This document shows, piece after piece, positions 62,174 through 64,000 of a stretch of DNA of 64,000 nt (position 1 is the first letter of the stretch; every line of letters starts with the position of its first letter). Both the position numbers and the translations under genes were made by a program. This stretch comes from Trypanosoma brucei (taxonomy: Eukaryota), in contig CM000207.1 of the NCBI GenBank assembly GCA_000002445.1, forward strand, positions 2,272,001-2,336,000. Reading direction: 5' to 3'. The notes under the pieces were generated by a model, which ran no database searches, was not told where the DNA came from, and saw only the letters and a list, made by a program, of their open reading frames with translations.

Positions 62174-64000
62174 AGAAACAAAGAGGGGAACTTGGTGCAC
62201 GAAAAGGCGGCAATATCGGGATAAAACTGGCTAGGGAAAGGAGGCAACGGTGTGCGTACGTTTATATTGCTCCCGTTGCGGTATTGGTAGGAGTATCATA
62301 GGCTTTAGCAGAAAGGCGCGAGAATTATATATATATATATATATGTAGGTGAGAAGGGGTTAGTGCGACTTCCTTCAAATAGTGGGTTTCTCAGTATTAA
62401 CAGGGGAGAGAGAGGGAGGGAAGAAAAATATTTAAAAAAAAAACAAAAAAGAAAAGAGGGGGAAGGAAATGCCGGTCACCGAGCGTATTTGGTGGTGTTG
62501 AGCGACCAACTTTGTAAACGTGTGTTGACATGTTGCTGCGTAAAATTGGAATACAGTATGTGTTAGAGCTATCTGTGTTTCTTTATTTTTTTTAATTTCT
62601 ATTTCTATTTTATTGCGCTTGTGCAAACATACACCTTATCACGTAGTGAGAACTGTAGTAAGAACAGGGCGGGAAAGATGCTGGCAATCTTTCCCCTTTC
62701 TTTTCATCTCTCTTTCCCCAACAACAGTACGCACGAGGATTGTAGTATCTTTTGGGAGTATCGTCGTTTATTCGTCTCCTTTCTTCTTTTTTTTTTTTAC
62801 TTAATTTATATTTATGGATTTGTTTAAGATCACGCTGTTTCTACTTCCGAAACCACTATCGGGGATAAACAAAAAAAAACCAACCCGGAAGTGAAGGGAG
62901 GGAAGGGTAGAAATGAGGGAGGGAAGTTTCCTTCATTTTATTTTACTTTACTTTATACAACAGCCCCACTTCCACACATTTCACACGTCCTTCTATTCAG
63001 GTTCTTTTGTTTCATCCTTTCTGCAAAAATTTCAAGCCCTCGACTATGCTGTGCACATGAAACGATTAAAACATTCCTTCAACTGTTGCGTTACCATTTC
63101 ATAACGACATGTGTAGTTGTACTCTCAGTGATGTCTCTTCTTCCTGCTCTCCTTTCACCATCGCCACTACCGATAGTTTTGAAATATATAAAAAAAAGAG
63201 AAAGAGAATGAAAGAATGATTGAATGAAAGAACAACAAATAGTCCTCAATTTTCACTTCAAAAAAAGCTTTTTTTTTTGTTCGTTCATTTGTTTACCCGT
63301 CACACAAAAACGCACGAATGTGCGAGAGAGCCACCGATGGCAAAGTGAAAATTTGTGTGGAGTTTGTTAGAGATGATGCGTACGAAGCGAAGTTGACATC
63401 AAAGCTGCAGCCGCTTGTGGTTGTTGTGGTTGTTGTTGTTGTTGTTTTAAAAATGTTAACACCTACGAGAGAAGTTGAAGTTTGAGACTGCGCTTGTGAG
63501 GGAAGTGGAAATAAAGGGACTTGACGAGCTGCGAGAAGATGTTGAAGGGGCTGTGTAATAAAACTGGAGCTGTTGCCTAACAATTTGTTAGCTGACGAAT
63601 GCCGATGTTCACATAGCCAGTGGTACAATTGAGTCTGCATTGATGAAAATGGTGTGGAGACGCAGCTGAATAGAATGTAAGAAACAAAAAAAAGCAAAAG
63701 ACAAAGACCCCCCCCAAAAAAAAACAAAAACGAAGTTGCAAATGCTTAACCGTCTCATATACACAGGGATATCAAATATATACGGATGACAAATGCGGTG
63801 GACACGACATGTAGCGTCCACGAACATTATTTGCATGACTACGGTAAATGAGAAATGGATCAAACGATGTGTGATTCAACTGACAGGTATAGTGACTCGT
63901 GCCATAAATAACTTCCGATACGATTTGAAAGTGCTGAGAAAACCTCCGCCGGGCGTTTGGTGTCGTGTTATGAATTAAGTCGTTACAGTGAGGGATCACA

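Overview
This window looks like nuclear DNA from a Trypanosoma brucei-group trypanosome. The 39-nt mini-exon AACTAACGCTATTATTAGAACAGTTTCTGTACTATATTG occurs verbatim five times, which supports that call.

Bases 1-6651 are the 3' end of the spliced-leader (SL) RNA gene tandem array. It holds four full repeat units of about 1.36-1.40 kb. Each unit carries a roughly 145-nt SL RNA gene, a T-tract, and a length-variable microsatellite block. The fifth SL gene is cut off after 59 nt (exon plus 20 nt of intron), and that cut marks the edge of the array. None of the five SL exons carries a SLACS insertion.

A 186-bp satellite follows immediately, at about 7050-11760. It sits as two head-to-head blocks: about 10 copies on the + strand and about 14 on the - strand, with a degenerate junction near 9.0-9.15 kb. 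Every unit has a perfect 7-bp hairpin. The array keeps artificially long ORFs open because 186 is divisible by 3.

Next, on the - strand at about 12.8-16.3 kb, is a decayed non-LTR retrotransposon, probably ingi/DIRE-like. Its YADD motif has degenerated to YLLD, it keeps the N-x-x-K-T motif and a Cys/His C-terminus, and further upstream it breaks into a tiled series of stop-interrupted ORFs.

From about 17.3 kb to the end of the window there is one + strand polycistronic gene cluster, typical of kinetoplastids. The genes I can name are an Rpn13/ADRM1 proteasome ubiquitin receptor, DNA polymerase epsilon subunit B-like, a DTW-domain protein, trypanin/GAS8 (DRC4), an EBP2-like nucleolar protein, a LOG-family (lysine-decarboxylase-like) domain protein, a p24/emp24 cargo receptor, tandem RPL5 x2, RPL15, RPL36, ATP11, a UBX-domain protein, a trypsin-fold peptidase-like protein, a large TPR+CHAT (caspase-fold) protein, a Utp6-like protein, RPS6 and NDUFA9. 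Several other genes are hypothetical.

An unusually long (about 3.6 kb) AT-rich, microsatellite-laden spacer separates the CHAT gene from the Utp6 gene. I could not identify tRNA, rRNA or CRISPR features.
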